Origin: an uncultured Erysipelotrichaceae bacterium
GTDB taxonomy: Bacteria; Bacillota_I; Bacilli_A; RFN20; CAG-826
DNA length: 64,000 nucleotides
NCBI GenBank assembly: GCA_902803375.1
Contig: CADCPN010000027.1
Span: 17,549 to 81,548, forward strand
Reading direction: 5' to 3'
Part shown: positions 28,245 to 37,457 of the stretch, piece by piece
Layout: each line of letters begins with the position of its first letter
How positions within the stretch are numbered: the stretch's first letter is position 1
Translations under genes and position numbers: made by a program
The notes under the pieces: generated by a model
What the model saw: the letters and a program-made list of their open reading frames with translations, nothing else
Told to the model about the DNA's origin: nothing
Databases searched by the model: none

Positions 28245-29519
28245 TTATTTGCCTAGAGACGAGAAGATTTCGTCAAGGGCGGCATCGACTTCCTCGTCGC
28301 TGACCTCGGCTGTCTCTTTTTTGATGGCGGTTTGGGTAGCGGCTTCCTCGGAGTCGATGCCCTTCTTCTGCTCCTCCGCCTTTTTGGCTCTAGAATAGGT
28401 GCTATTGAGGTATTCCATCGCGTCGCGGGCGGTGGCGACGCCAGTTCGCGCCAAGGCGCCGGCGATTTTATCGGCATAGGCGCTAGGGAGGCGGTTGTCG
28501 TTTTTCTGCAGGACATAGTCCAGCAACGCGTTGATGACGGGGTTAGGCAAGCCGATATCGAAGGCGAGGTGCTGAATGAGTTTCATATCGCTAGAAGAGG
28601 GCTTGGTGCCGCCTTGAAGCAATGATAGCCAACGAAACGGGGTGACGGAGTCCATCATGCGGATCTTCTGAGCCAAAGCGGAAGAAGAGGAGATGACGCT
28701 TTTCTCGCCAACATGCTGACGGAGATATTTAAACGGCGCGGCGTTGCCGGCTTTGCCAGCGAGGACATCGAAATTGACGCGGGAATCCCTTCTTCTAGAT
28801 GGGTCGGTCGATTCGATGACCATGTCCGCCATGACGGCGGAGTCTAGGTCATATAGGGTCGCGAGCTTTTCGATGCGGTTGATCTCCCTGGAGGAGAGGA
28901 TTTCGATGTTGGAGCCGCAGGAACGGAGCTCATCGGCGAAAGCGCGGTAATCGAATCCAGTGCGGAGCTTGCCATTGCGGTGTCCGAGCATCGGCTTCGG
29001 CGAGGTCGCATAGATAGGGTCTTCGAGGTTCGGATGGAAGAAATCCTTAAATGACATCGACACCTCTTCCATGTCGGTAACCTTTTCTGCGGCCGCGTAC
29101 TTCTTTTCTAGGTTTCCGACGGCGGCATTGCCGATATAGGTTCTTAGGGTGCCGGAGAACAGGGGGTCCTCAAAGAACTCCTTTGGGTCGAGCGGGGCAT
29201 AGACGGAATAGACGAAGTAGCTGCTTCTTTCCGCCTCCTTGCAATAGGTGCGCACCAATCCGGTGGCCTCAAGGGCCTCTAGGGCTTTCTCAAATTGCCC
29301 AGGGGTGACTTGGAGCCTGGCGAAGAGAGCTTCGTGGTTATAGATAAGCGAGCTATCGGTAGCGGTGTCATCCATCGCCAAGGCATCGTAGGAGGCGAGC
29401 GCGAGCCCTCCGATGAGCGGGAGGTATAGATCGATGAGGTAGCCGCGATCGAGATCGCTGATGCTGCTCATCTTCCTGACTTGGTAAAAATCTTTGCTGC
29501 CGACTTTCTTCATGCTCAA
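28245..29519 (-). CDS. dnaB: Replication initiation/membrane attachment protein DnaB (Firmicutes type, DnaD-like domains)
   Basis: 424 aa. It has the DnaB_2-like segment LIQHLAFDIGLPNPVINALLDYVL and lies upstream of dnaI. Confidence 0.8.
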   Translation of the reverse strand: MSMKKVGSKDFYQVRKMSSISDLDRGYLIDLYLPLIGGLALASYDALAMDDTATDSSLIYNHEALFARLQVTPGQFEKALEALEATGLVRTYCKEAERSSYFVYSVYAPLDPKEFFEDPLFSGTLRTYIGNAAVGNLEKKYAAAEKVTDMEEVSMSFKDFFHPNLEDPIYATSPKPMLGHRNGKLRTGFDYRAFADELRSCGSNIEILSSREINRIEKLATLYDLDSAVMADMVIESTDPSRRRDSRVNFDVLAGKAGNAAPFKYLRQHVGEKSVISSSSALAQKIRMMDSVTPFRWLSLLQGGTKPSSSDMKLIQHLAFDIGLPNPVINALLDYVLQKNDNRLPSAYADKIAGALARTGVATARDAMEYLNSTYSRAKKAEEQKKGIDSEEAATQTAIKKETAEVSDEEVDAALDEIFSSLGK

Positions 29520-29610
29520 AACCCCTACAAAGGCGATGCGGGTCTTATTCTAGGGCTTCCTAACTTTAGTTACAACTAAAAAATAAAGCGTTTATCGAAT
29601 GTTTTAGAGG

Positions 29611-29672
29611 TTATCCACAGAAGAAATATAGGAGGTAACACTACATTTTGGCGTTATCCACATTTATACACA
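29611..29672 (+). promoter_or_regulatory. Cluster of three DnaA boxes, all in the same orientation
   Basis: Perfect TTATCCACA at 29611..29619 and 29654..29662. TTATACACA (one mismatch) at 29664..29672. Confidence 0.7.
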
Positions 29673-29785
29673 TTTTTATTTGCGGGCCAACGCTAGAAAA
29701 ATTGTTGGCCATAAAAGCGTTTTCACTATCACATTTGCGCACGCGTATGCGCTATAATTTCGACGATTTTTGAGGTAGCTAAATT

Positions 29786-30748
29786 ATGATTCACAAAATC
29801 GGTGTCCTTACCTCTGGCGGCGATGCCCCAGGTATGAACTGCGCCATCCGCGCCGTTGTTCGCGCAGGCCTTAGATACGGCCTAGAAGTCTACGGCGTCA
29901 ACGATGGCTATAAAGGTCTAGTCGAGGGAGACATCTTCCCGATGGACCGCAACTCCGTCAGCGATATCGTCAATCGCGGCGGCACCATTCTCCGCACTGC
30001 CCGCCTTCGCGAATTCAAGGAAGAATCCGTCAGGCAGAAGGCAGTCGATAACCTAAAGAAACTCGGCATCGACGCGCTCGTCGTCATCGGTGGCGATGGC
30101 TCCTATATGGGCGCTAAGAAGCTCACGGAAATGGGCATCAACTGCGTCGGCCTTCCGGGCACCATCGACAACGATATCGCCTCCACCGATTACACCATCG
30201 GCTTCGATACCTGCCTTAACACCATCATGGATTGCGTCGACCGCATCCGCGATACCACCGAATCCCATCAGCGTTGCGCCGTGATCGAGGTCATGGGCAA
30301 CCACTGCGGCGACTTGGCTTTGTTCTCTGGCCTTGCTGAAGGCGCAGAGATGATCATCACCCCAGATCACCCAATCCCGGAAGAGGAGGTCATGGAAAGC
30401 CTTCGTAAGCTCCATGATTCCAAGAAGTCCCGCGCCATCGTCATCGTCTCCGAAAAGATCTATCCCGACATCCACGCCTTCGCCGCCCGCATCTCTGAGC
30501 AGACCGGCTTCGAAGCCAAGGCTGAGGTCCTCGGCCGCGTTCAGCGCGGCGGTTCTCCTTCCGCCTTCGACCGCATTCTCGCTGCGAGAATGGGCGCCTA
30601 CGCCGTTGACGCTTTGCTTGATGGCAAAGGCGGCATCTGCGTCGGCATGGTCAACAACAAGATCGTCGATTACGACATCTATGAGGCTCTAAGCCTTCCG
30701 CGCGACAAGCATATCTCCATGCTTCGTCTCATCGATATCCTCAAATAG
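29786..30748 (+). CDS. pfkA: ATP-dependent 6-phosphofructokinase
   Basis: IGVLTSGGDAPGMNCAIRAVVR, VVIGGDGSY, PGTIDNDI. Confidence 0.95.
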   Translation: MIHKIGVLTSGGDAPGMNCAIRAVVRAGLRYGLEVYGVNDGYKGLVEGDIFPMDRNSVSDIVNRGGTILRTARLREFKEESVRQKAVDNLKKLGIDALVVIGGDGSYMGAKKLTEMGINCVGLPGTIDNDIASTDYTIGFDTCLNTIMDCVDRIRDTTESHQRCAVIEVMGNHCGDLALFSGLAEGAEMIITPDHPIPEEEVMESLRKLHDSKKSRAIVIVSEKIYPDIHAFAARISEQTGFEAKAEVLGRVQRGGSPSAFDRILAARMGAYAVDALLDGKGGICVGMVNNKIVDYDIYEALSLPRDKHISMLRLIDILK

Positions 30749-30813
30749 TCTTAAGGGGCAATTCGCCCCTTTTACTAAGCCACCATCCTTAAATAACGAA
30801 AGAGTTCAAAACT

Positions 30814-32268
30814 ATGCTTCTAAATATCAGCAAAAAAACCAAAATCGTCTGCACCATCGGCCCAGCCACGGATAACCCCGAAGCCATCCTTGCCCTCTAT
30901 AAGGCAGGCATGAACGTTCTCCGCGCCAACTTCTCCCATGGCACCCACGAAGAGCAAGGACGCAAATTCCAGATCGCCCGCGACCTCGAGAAGCAAGGCA
31001 TCTACATCCCCGTCGCCCTTGACACCAAGGGCCCGGAGATCCGCTGCGGCATGTTCGAGAACGGTTCCGTCGAGATCAAGAAGGGTTCCACCATCCGCAT
31101 CTCCATGGAAGAGGTCCTCGGCACCGCTGAGAAGTTCTCCGTCACCTATAAGGGCCTTTATGACGATGTTAAGGGCGGCGACCTCATCCTCATCGATGAT
31201 GGCAACCTCATCCTTAAGGTAACCGCCAAAGACGAAGCAAAAAGAGAAATCGTCGTCGAGGCGCAAAACTCCCACATCCTCAAGGACCAGAAAGGCGTCA
31301 ACTGCCCTTCTTCCAAGCTCTCGATGGATTACATCTCCCCCAAGGACGAAGACGATTTGAAATTCGGCGCGGAACAGCACGTCGACGCAATCTTCGCCTC
31401 CTTCACCCGCCGCGCTCAGGATGTCCTTGATATCAAGGCCGTCCTCGCCAAATACGGCGCCCCGAATATCCCGGTCATCGTTAAGATCGAGAATCCAGAA
31501 GGCGTCGAGAACCTCGAGTCCATCGTCGAAGTCGCCGATGGCGTCATGGTCGCCCGCGGCGACCTTGGCGTCGAGATACCCCCGGAAGAAGTCCCCGTTG
31601 TCCAAAAGCGCATCATCGACCTCTGCCGCAGAAAGGGCAAACCCTGCATCACCGCGACCCAGATGCTGGACTCCATGGTCTCCCATCCGCGTCCTACCCG
31701 CGCCGAAGTCTCCGACGTCGCCACCGCAATCGATGAGTCCTCTGACGCCGTCATGCTTTCCGCCGAGTCCGCCTCTGGCGCCTATCCGGTCGAATCCGTC
31801 ACCATGCAGGCTAAGATCGCCCGCACCATGGAGAAGTATCTCGACTACGAGAAGCTCGCCAAGGAAGCCTATGACACCTCCGATAAGACCAATAACGACG
31901 CCATCTCTAACGCCGTAGCCAATACCGCTCTTCTAATCGGCGCCAAGCTCATCATCAACTTCACCGAGACCGGCTCTTCCACCGCCCGCATCTCCAAGGC
32001 CCGTCCTTGCTGCCCGATCATCTCCGTCACCAACAACCGCGACACCTGCATGCGCGGCGCCTTCATGTGGGGCGTCTATAGCGTCCTGCTGCAGACCTCC
32101 ATGCCCGATTTCATCGAAGAGATGGAAGTCCTTGCCCTGAAGATCGCCCGCGACCTTGGAATCGAGGCCGGCAGCCCCATCATCATCGCCGGCGGCACCC
32201 CGACTGGCGCAGGCAAGACCAATTTCATGCGCATCGTCAATGTCAATGAGATCAAGGAGAACATCTAA
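30814..32268 (+). CDS. pyk: Pyruvate kinase
   Basis: KIVCTIGPA, MNVLRANFSHG, VALDTKGPEIR, MVARGDLGVEIP. It follows pfkA as in Bacillus. Confidence 0.95.
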   Translation: MLLNISKKTKIVCTIGPATDNPEAILALYKAGMNVLRANFSHGTHEEQGRKFQIARDLEKQGIYIPVALDTKGPEIRCGMFENGSVEIKKGSTIRISMEEVLGTAEKFSVTYKGLYDDVKGGDLILIDDGNLILKVTAKDEAKREIVVEAQNSHILKDQKGVNCPSSKLSMDYISPKDEDDLKFGAEQHVDAIFASFTRRAQDVLDIKAVLAKYGAPNIPVIVKIENPEGVENLESIVEVADGVMVARGDLGVEIPPEEVPVVQKRIIDLCRRKGKPCITATQMLDSMVSHPRPTRAEVSDVATAIDESSDAVMLSAESASGAYPVESVTMQAKIARTMEKYLDYEKLAKEAYDTSDKTNNDAISNAVANTALLIGAKLIINFTETGSSTARISKARPCCPIISVTNNRDTCMRGAFMWGVYSVLLQTSMPDFIEEMEVLALKIARDLGIEAGSPIIIAGGTPTGAGKTNFMRIVNVNEIKENI

Positions 32269-32270
32269 GA

Positions 32271-33116
32271 ATGCCAAAGGTAGTCGCATTAGATATCGGT
32301 GGAACCAACACCAGAGTCGCTTTAATCAACGATAAGCTCGAGATTGAGAAAGTCTTGATCAAACCGACCGTCGTCGGAAATCTAGACATGTTCCTCTCCT
32401 CTATTTCCTCCATCATCAAAGAAGCCATCCCTAACCTCGAGCAGGTATCCGCCATCGCTGGCGGCGTGCCTGGCCGCGTCAGATGGGACGGCTATATCTA
32501 CGCGCTTCCTAACATCCATATCGACCAGATTCCCCTTGCAGAATACCTGCAGAAGGAATTCGGCAAGCCGACTTACATCATCAATGATGCCGAAGTCGCA
32601 GCCCTGGCTGAGGCCAACATCGGCCCGCTAGCCAAGGCGAAATCCCTTTATTTCATCACGATCTCTACAGGCGTCGGCGGCGCGCTTACGATCGGCGGCA
32701 AGCTCCGCTCCTCCTCTTATGAAGTCGGCCACACCATGACCTGCTATCATAACGAGATCCATGAGTTCGAGCACATGGCCTCCGGAACGGGCCTTCGTCG
32801 CCTCGCCGATATGAACGGCCTCTCCGTTGTCGATGCTAAGGAGTTCTTCTCTCTCGTCGCCAACGGCCACGAGCTCGCCAATAAGGTGTATCGCGACTGG
32901 ATCAAGATGGTCGCCGAGTTCATCGAGATGAACCAGGAGAACTTCACTCCTGAGGTCTTCGCGCTTACCGGCGGCGTCATGAAGAGCGCCGACGTCTTCT
33001 GGAATGACCTCGTCAGGGCCTGCCCTAACGCCCATTTGGAGAAAGCCTCCGCCGGGCAAAACGCCGGGCTTCTCGGCGCTGGCGTCCTCGGTTTCCAGAT
33101 GCTCAAAGGAAACTAA
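32271..33116 (+). CDS. ROK-family protein (putative glucokinase) lacking the canonical CxCGxxGC zinc motif
   Basis: ALDIGGTNTRVALI is an ATP-binding motif. The position of the ROK Cys motif reads VGHTMTCYHNEIHEFEHMASG. It starts 3 nt after the pyk stop. Confidence 0.7.
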   Translation: MPKVVALDIGGTNTRVALINDKLEIEKVLIKPTVVGNLDMFLSSISSIIKEAIPNLEQVSAIAGGVPGRVRWDGYIYALPNIHIDQIPLAEYLQKEFGKPTYIINDAEVAALAEANIGPLAKAKSLYFITISTGVGGALTIGGKLRSSSYEVGHTMTCYHNEIHEFEHMASGTGLRRLADMNGLSVVDAKEFFSLVANGHELANKVYRDWIKMVAEFIEMNQENFTPEVFALTGGVMKSADVFWNDLVRACPNAHLEKASAGQNAGLLGAGVLGFQMLKGN

Positions 33117-33134
33117 TCCACCTTTAGCCCTATA

Positions 33135-33165
33135 GCCTTCTGCCCCTTTGGCAGAGGGCTTTTTT
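33135..33165 (+). terminator. Intrinsic terminator after the pfkA-pyk-ROK operon
   Basis: GCCTTCTGCC-loop-GGCAGAGGGC followed by TTTTTT. Confidence 0.8.
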
Positions 33166-33378
33166 CATGGCGAAATCACCTCTGCCATCGATAAACGTCA
33201 ATCCTTTATATTAAAGGGCTATAAAATTTAGTGTGGAGGGGCGAAAAACCTCTAAAGTTAACGCTGAAGACTAAAAGGGCCCTCTCGGGCAGGACGGGGC
33301 CTTTCTTCTCCCTTCTTGGAAGAAGGCGAGCAAGCATCAAAAGCTGATGTTATGATATCTTCCTTTTCCGTTAGTTGC

Positions 33379-34710
33379 TTATTGAGAGAACGCGGAATCC
33401 TCTTTTTTCTCTTCTTCTAATAACTCCGCGTGGGAATCTAGCCCAAGGCGGCGCCTTCTTGCATAGAGGAAGATGAAGGCTAAGAAGATGAGCACCTCTA
33501 GGCCAAGAGAGAGGATAAGGGAGTAAGAGATGCCATCCATGTAAGCGTATTTACATAAGGGATAGGAGACGATAAAGCAGGCGAGGGTTCCCGCTACCGA
33601 ACCTACGATTAAGCCTAGCGAGCCTCCCACCGCCGCCAAAATCTGGTTAAGCACGACGAACAAAGCGGTGAAGGTGCCGGCGATAATCGTGGTCTTGAAG
33701 GTGTAGGAATATTGCAAGACCGACTTATCAAAGACAAGGCCAAGCGCCCAATCGCCTAAGAAGAAGACGGCGACATAGGATGCGGCGCCCATAAGCACGA
33801 CCATGCCGATGATGGCGCCAAGCAGCTTATAGAAGGCAATGAAGTCCTTCTTTAGGTAGGTAAGCGACACCTTTGGGATGATGGGCATCAAGATGGAGCT
33901 TGCCGCGGTCTGGATAAGGACGGAGATCGTGGCGATGGAGGAGTAATAGCCAAATTCCTTCGTCGTGTACATCTTCTCAAACATCGCCTTCGGGATGGAG
34001 GGGAGGACGTTAGAGCAAAGCAAGACGATGAACAAAGGCAGGCAGACAAGCAAGATCTTGCCGACGTGGGAGAGGCGAAACTTCTTGAAGTCCAAGCGGA
34101 AGGAAGCAAATTTATAGAGGCACCATAGCTCTAGGAAGAAGATCGCGATGGCCGCGGCATCCATGAAGAGGAAGCCGAAGTTAAGCGAATGGAATAGATA
34201 GGCCCCTAGGATGAAGAAGGGGATGGCGGCCACGCCTTTGGCACTCATCAAGATGGAGCCGATATACATCTTGCCATAACGCTGGAAGGTGCCGGAGAAG
34301 ATCTCAGTGAATAGCTCAAACACCTTATACACGTAGAAAAGCATGATGGTGCCGATGATATCAAGAGAATAACCCATCGCGAAGGAATAGATGACCGCGA
34401 CGGCTACGCCTACTATGTTCGTTAAGGTCCTGGTGAAGAGATAATCCTCATCGGAGAACCTTCTACTGACGTCGCTAGCGTAATAAACGCGGACGTAATA
34501 GGAACCAAAGCTCGTCGCGATGTTGCTCGCGACCAAGCATAGGGAGAAGACGCCGGCCGCTTCAAAACCCAGCATGTTCGTGGTGAGGATCGAGATGATC
34601 CAGAGGCTGAACATGTAGCAAAACGTGCCTAGCAGGTTCCAGACAATATCCTTGCTTAGACCCTTTTTGGCGAACTTCTCATTGTTTTTGGTCAATTGCA
34701 TCCTAGCCAT
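33379..34710 (-). CDS. MOP-superfamily polysaccharide flippase (Wzx-like)
   Basis: 443 aa, 12 or more TM segments. It is the last gene of the sugar cassette, and its start overlaps the ThDP gene stop by 1 nt. Confidence 0.7.
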   Translation of the reverse strand: MARMQLTKNNEKFAKKGLSKDIVWNLLGTFCYMFSLWIISILTTNMLGFEAAGVFSLCLVASNIATSFGSYYVRVYYASDVSRRFSDEDYLFTRTLTNIVGVAVAVIYSFAMGYSLDIIGTIMLFYVYKVFELFTEIFSGTFQRYGKMYIGSILMSAKGVAAIPFFILGAYLFHSLNFGFLFMDAAAIAIFFLELWCLYKFASFRLDFKKFRLSHVGKILLVCLPLFIVLLCSNVLPSIPKAMFEKMYTTKEFGYYSSIATISVLIQTAASSILMPIIPKVSLTYLKKDFIAFYKLLGAIIGMVVLMGAASYVAVFFLGDWALGLVFDKSVLQYSYTFKTTIIAGTFTALFVVLNQILAAVGGSLGLIVGSVAGTLACFIVSYPLCKYAYMDGISYSLILSLGLEVLIFLAFIFLYARRRRLGLDSHAELLEEEKKEDSAFSQ

Positions 34711-36524
34711 TATTTCTTTTCACCGTATAGGGGGATGATCATGTCTTTCTTTAGCTCCTCCCTATCGAGGTAGGGCTTTAGGTCCTCCAGCGGGGCACTG
34801 ACCATCGAGCCATCCTCCAGCTTCATGCTTCCGGCCTTCGGCTCGAAGTATTGCTTGGTGTCGCAAAATAGCTCAATCATCGCATAGCCTTGTAAAGAAT
34901 CGTATTTGGAATTGAGGAATCTCTTGAGCTTTGCATTGCTATGGATGGCGTAATAAGGGATGCCATAGGCCTTGGCGAGCTTACCCATGTCGGGGAAGGT
35001 GAGGTCGCAGGATTCAGGCCCGATGCCGCAGAGCTTCCTGCCGCGGAAGAAATTGCTCTGGGACTGGCGGATGCTATGGTAGCCCCCGTTATTGAAGATC
35101 ACGATCTTGATGGGGAGCTTCTGGCCGACGATGGTCTGCAGCTCCTGAAGGTTCATCTGGATGGAGCCTTCTCCCGTGAGGCAAAGCACCTGCCCGCGGT
35201 TAGAGGCGATGCTGGCGCCGATGGCGGCGGGGAGGTCATAGCCCATGGAGGCCATGCCGCTATTCTCGATGAAGCGGGTGCCCTTCTTCGTGATGAAGAC
35301 CTGCCCTCCGACAACGCAGGCGGTGCCGTTGCCAGAGACGACTAGCGTCCCTTCCTTTGCGTGGGAGGAAAGCAATTCTACGGCGGCGTAGGCGTTGACG
35401 AGCTCCTTCTGGGAGCGCTGCGCCTTGCTGACGATCGGGTAGCGTCTCATCCAGGACTTGCACTTCCTCACCCAGGAATCGTGGGATCTGATCTCTTTGT
35501 CGGAGACGTAGGAGAGCAGCTTCGGGATGAAGTCGGCGAGGTCATCGTGGATCGGGAGCTCGACGTGGATGGTCGGCTTCTTCATCTCGGCCTCGTCGAT
35601 GTCGACGTCGATGACGAAGGCTTCTCTCGCCCAAGAGGCGTAGTTGAAGCCGGTCTGGCGGATGGAAAGGCGGCAGCCCAAAGAAAGGATGAGGTCGCTA
35701 TTCTGAACCGCGAAGTTGCCGAATCTGTCGCCGAAATTGCCGGCGCGGCCAGCGTAGAGGGGGTGATCGTTCTCGATCACGTCAGTACTGTTCCAGGCGG
35801 TGACGACCGGGCAGCCCAATTTCTCGATGAGCTGCTTATAGGAGTCATAGGAGCCAGAGAGGCGGATGGCGCTGCCGGCGTAGATGACGGGGCGCTTGGC
35901 TTTATTGATGCGGCGAAGCACCTCTTCTAGCTGCTTCTTACTGACGCCAAGCTCCACCTCGTCCTCCTTCGGGTCGTAGCCGCGGAGCTTCTCCGGGTTC
36001 ACCTGGGCGCTTTGGACGTCGCCTGGGATGTCGATCCAGGTCGGGCCTTTGCGGCCGTGGGTGGAGAGGTATAGCGCCTTCTCAACGACGTAGCGGATAT
36101 CGGAAGGGTCCATCACGCATTCGGCGTACTTGGTCATGGTCTTGGCGGCGGGGACGACGTTGAATTCCTGGTCGCCCATGGCGCGCAGGGGCAAGCCGGT
36201 GGTGACGCTGAAGGAATCGCGGCGGACCTGCCCGGAGATGACAATCATCGGGACGGAGTCCACATAGGCGCCGACGACGCCGTTCATGGCGTTGATGCCG
36301 CCGGGGCCGGTCGTGACGACGACGGCAGCGAGAGCGTTGTTGACCCTGGCATAGCCCTCGGCGCCGATGGCGCAGGCTTGCTCATGGTGGTTATAGATGA
36401 CCTCGATGTCCTTGTGGTGCCCGAAGGCGTCGTTGAGGTGCATGGCGCCCCCTCCGACGACGGAGAAGGCTACTTTGACGCCGTATTCGGCGCAGGCGTT
36501 TGCTACATAGTCAGCAACTCTCAT
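34710..36524 (-). CDS. ThDP-dependent enzyme of the acetolactate synthase large-subunit family (YerE-like candidate)
   Basis: N-terminal PYR domain with catalytic Glu (NHHEQACAIGAEGYAR; TTGPGGINA). The C-terminal ThDP motif is LTGEGSIQMN..IFNNGGY. Confidence 0.85.
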   Translation of the reverse strand: MRVADYVANACAEYGVKVAFSVVGGGAMHLNDAFGHHKDIEVIYNHHEQACAIGAEGYARVNNALAAVVVTTGPGGINAMNGVVGAYVDSVPMIVISGQVRRDSFSVTTGLPLRAMGDQEFNVVPAAKTMTKYAECVMDPSDIRYVVEKALYLSTHGRKGPTWIDIPGDVQSAQVNPEKLRGYDPKEDEVELGVSKKQLEEVLRRINKAKRPVIYAGSAIRLSGSYDSYKQLIEKLGCPVVTAWNSTDVIENDHPLYAGRAGNFGDRFGNFAVQNSDLILSLGCRLSIRQTGFNYASWAREAFVIDVDIDEAEMKKPTIHVELPIHDDLADFIPKLLSYVSDKEIRSHDSWVRKCKSWMRRYPIVSKAQRSQKELVNAYAAVELLSSHAKEGTLVVSGNGTACVVGGQVFITKKGTRFIENSGMASMGYDLPAAIGASIASNRGQVLCLTGEGSIQMNLQELQTIVGQKLPIKIVIFNNGGYHSIRQSQSNFFRGRKLCGIGPESCDLTFPDMGKLAKAYGIPYYAIHSNAKLKRFLNSKYDSLQGYAMIELFCDTKQYFEPKAGSMKLEDGSMVSAPLEDLKPYLDREELKKDMIIPLYGEKK

Positions 36525-36572
36525 GGTGGTATGCTCCTTTTCCCCAAAGCGGGGTGAATGGTGGTGGCTTGC

Positions 36573-37457
36573 TTACTGACCTAGGCTTTTCACGCCCTCC
36601 TCAAATGGGGTGAACGCGAAGCCTTTGGCCAAAGAAAGCAGCTTGGTGAGGTCCGGATATAAATCGATGAGGCCCTCCGGGTTGGGGTTAATCTCGCTAT
36701 AGCGGTAATATCCGCCCTTAAACCCCTGTGCAACGAACTCGCGTAGCGGCTTAGTCTCAGGGGAGGCGAGGTTAAGCTCGCCCTCAAAGGCATTATCGAT
36801 AAGGGATAGGTAGATGAGGCGGCCGAAGTCCTCCGAAAAAAGGAAGTTCCACCTCTGGGTGCAGGGGCCTAGCTTCAGCACGGTCTTCTCCTTTTGCGCC
36901 TTAGCCAATAGGGACAGCAAGGAATTCGGCCTATCCTCGGGGCCATAGACGCTATAGATGCGGCCATGGACGTAGCGGATACCATCAATTGCGGCCTGCT
37001 TCTTCAGCCATTCCCCGAACTCGGCTTTGGCCTTGCCATAGGCGGTCTCGGGGGCGACGACGTCTTCCTTCTCGGGGCCTTTGAGTCCAAGGCGGCCATA
37101 TTCGGCTTGGCTGCCCGCGAAGAAGAAGTATTTGGCGCCTAGCCTCCTTGCGAGGGCATAGACGGATTTGCTAATCTCCACGTTGGCCTGCTGGAGAGCT
37201 TCCTCGAGGCGGTCGAGGTTGCTGGTGCCGCTCCAGGCGAGGTGAAGGCAGGCGTCGATATCGCCAATCTCCTCTTTGTGGATGGCAATGTCGGCGATGT
37301 CGCCTTTGACTACCTTGACCATGGGGAAATCCGCTTCATAGGATTCCGCCCTTTCTGAGTCATGAAGGTATGCGATCACCTCGACATGGTTAGATAGCAT
37401 GGCCCTGGTGATGGCCCGCCCTAGCATCCCGGAGGCGCCGGTGAGGAGGATCCTCAT
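36573..37457 (-). CDS. NAD(P)-dependent SDR epimerase/reductase (CDP-4-keto-sugar reductase candidate)
   Basis: MRILLTGASGMLG Rossmann motif. At 294 aa it is in the size class of RfbS/RfbJ/YerF-type reductases. ATGA overlap with rfbG. Confidence 0.75.
   Translation of the reverse strand: MRILLTGASGMLGRAITRAMLSNHVEVIAYLHDSERAESYEADFPMVKVVKGDIADIAIHKEEIGDIDACLHLAWSGTSNLDRLEEALQQANVEISKSVYALARRLGAKYFFFAGSQAEYGRLGLKGPEKEDVVAPETAYGKAKAEFGEWLKKQAAIDGIRYVHGRIYSVYGPEDRPNSLLSLLAKAQKEKTVLKLGPCTQRWNFLFSEDFGRLIYLSLIDNAFEGELNLASPETKPLREFVAQGFKGGYYRYSEINPNPEGLIDLYPDLTKLLSLAKGFAFTPFEEGVKSLGQ

Noticed and set aside
29520-29785. The DnaA-box cluster as a replication origin.
   Set aside because: Only three boxes were seen, and there is no adjacent dnaA/dnaN and no obvious AT-rich unwinding repeats. 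It is more consistent with a regulatory or titration site. It is reported as a finding, but not as oriC.
30820-31686. Long antisense ORFs inside conserved genes. Examples are the 288 aa ORF opposite pyk, 10714..11544 opposite glgB, 12029..12709 opposite the sensor, 17637..18227 opposite ackA, 40952..41656 opposite the GT2 gene, and 63309..63959 opposite the desulfurase.
   Set aside because: They mirror genes with strong third-position G/C bias, which suppresses stops on the opposite strand. The products are Gly/Asp/Val/Ala/Glu-rich low-complexity sequence with no SD and no recognisable motif. The sense-strand genes are unambiguous.
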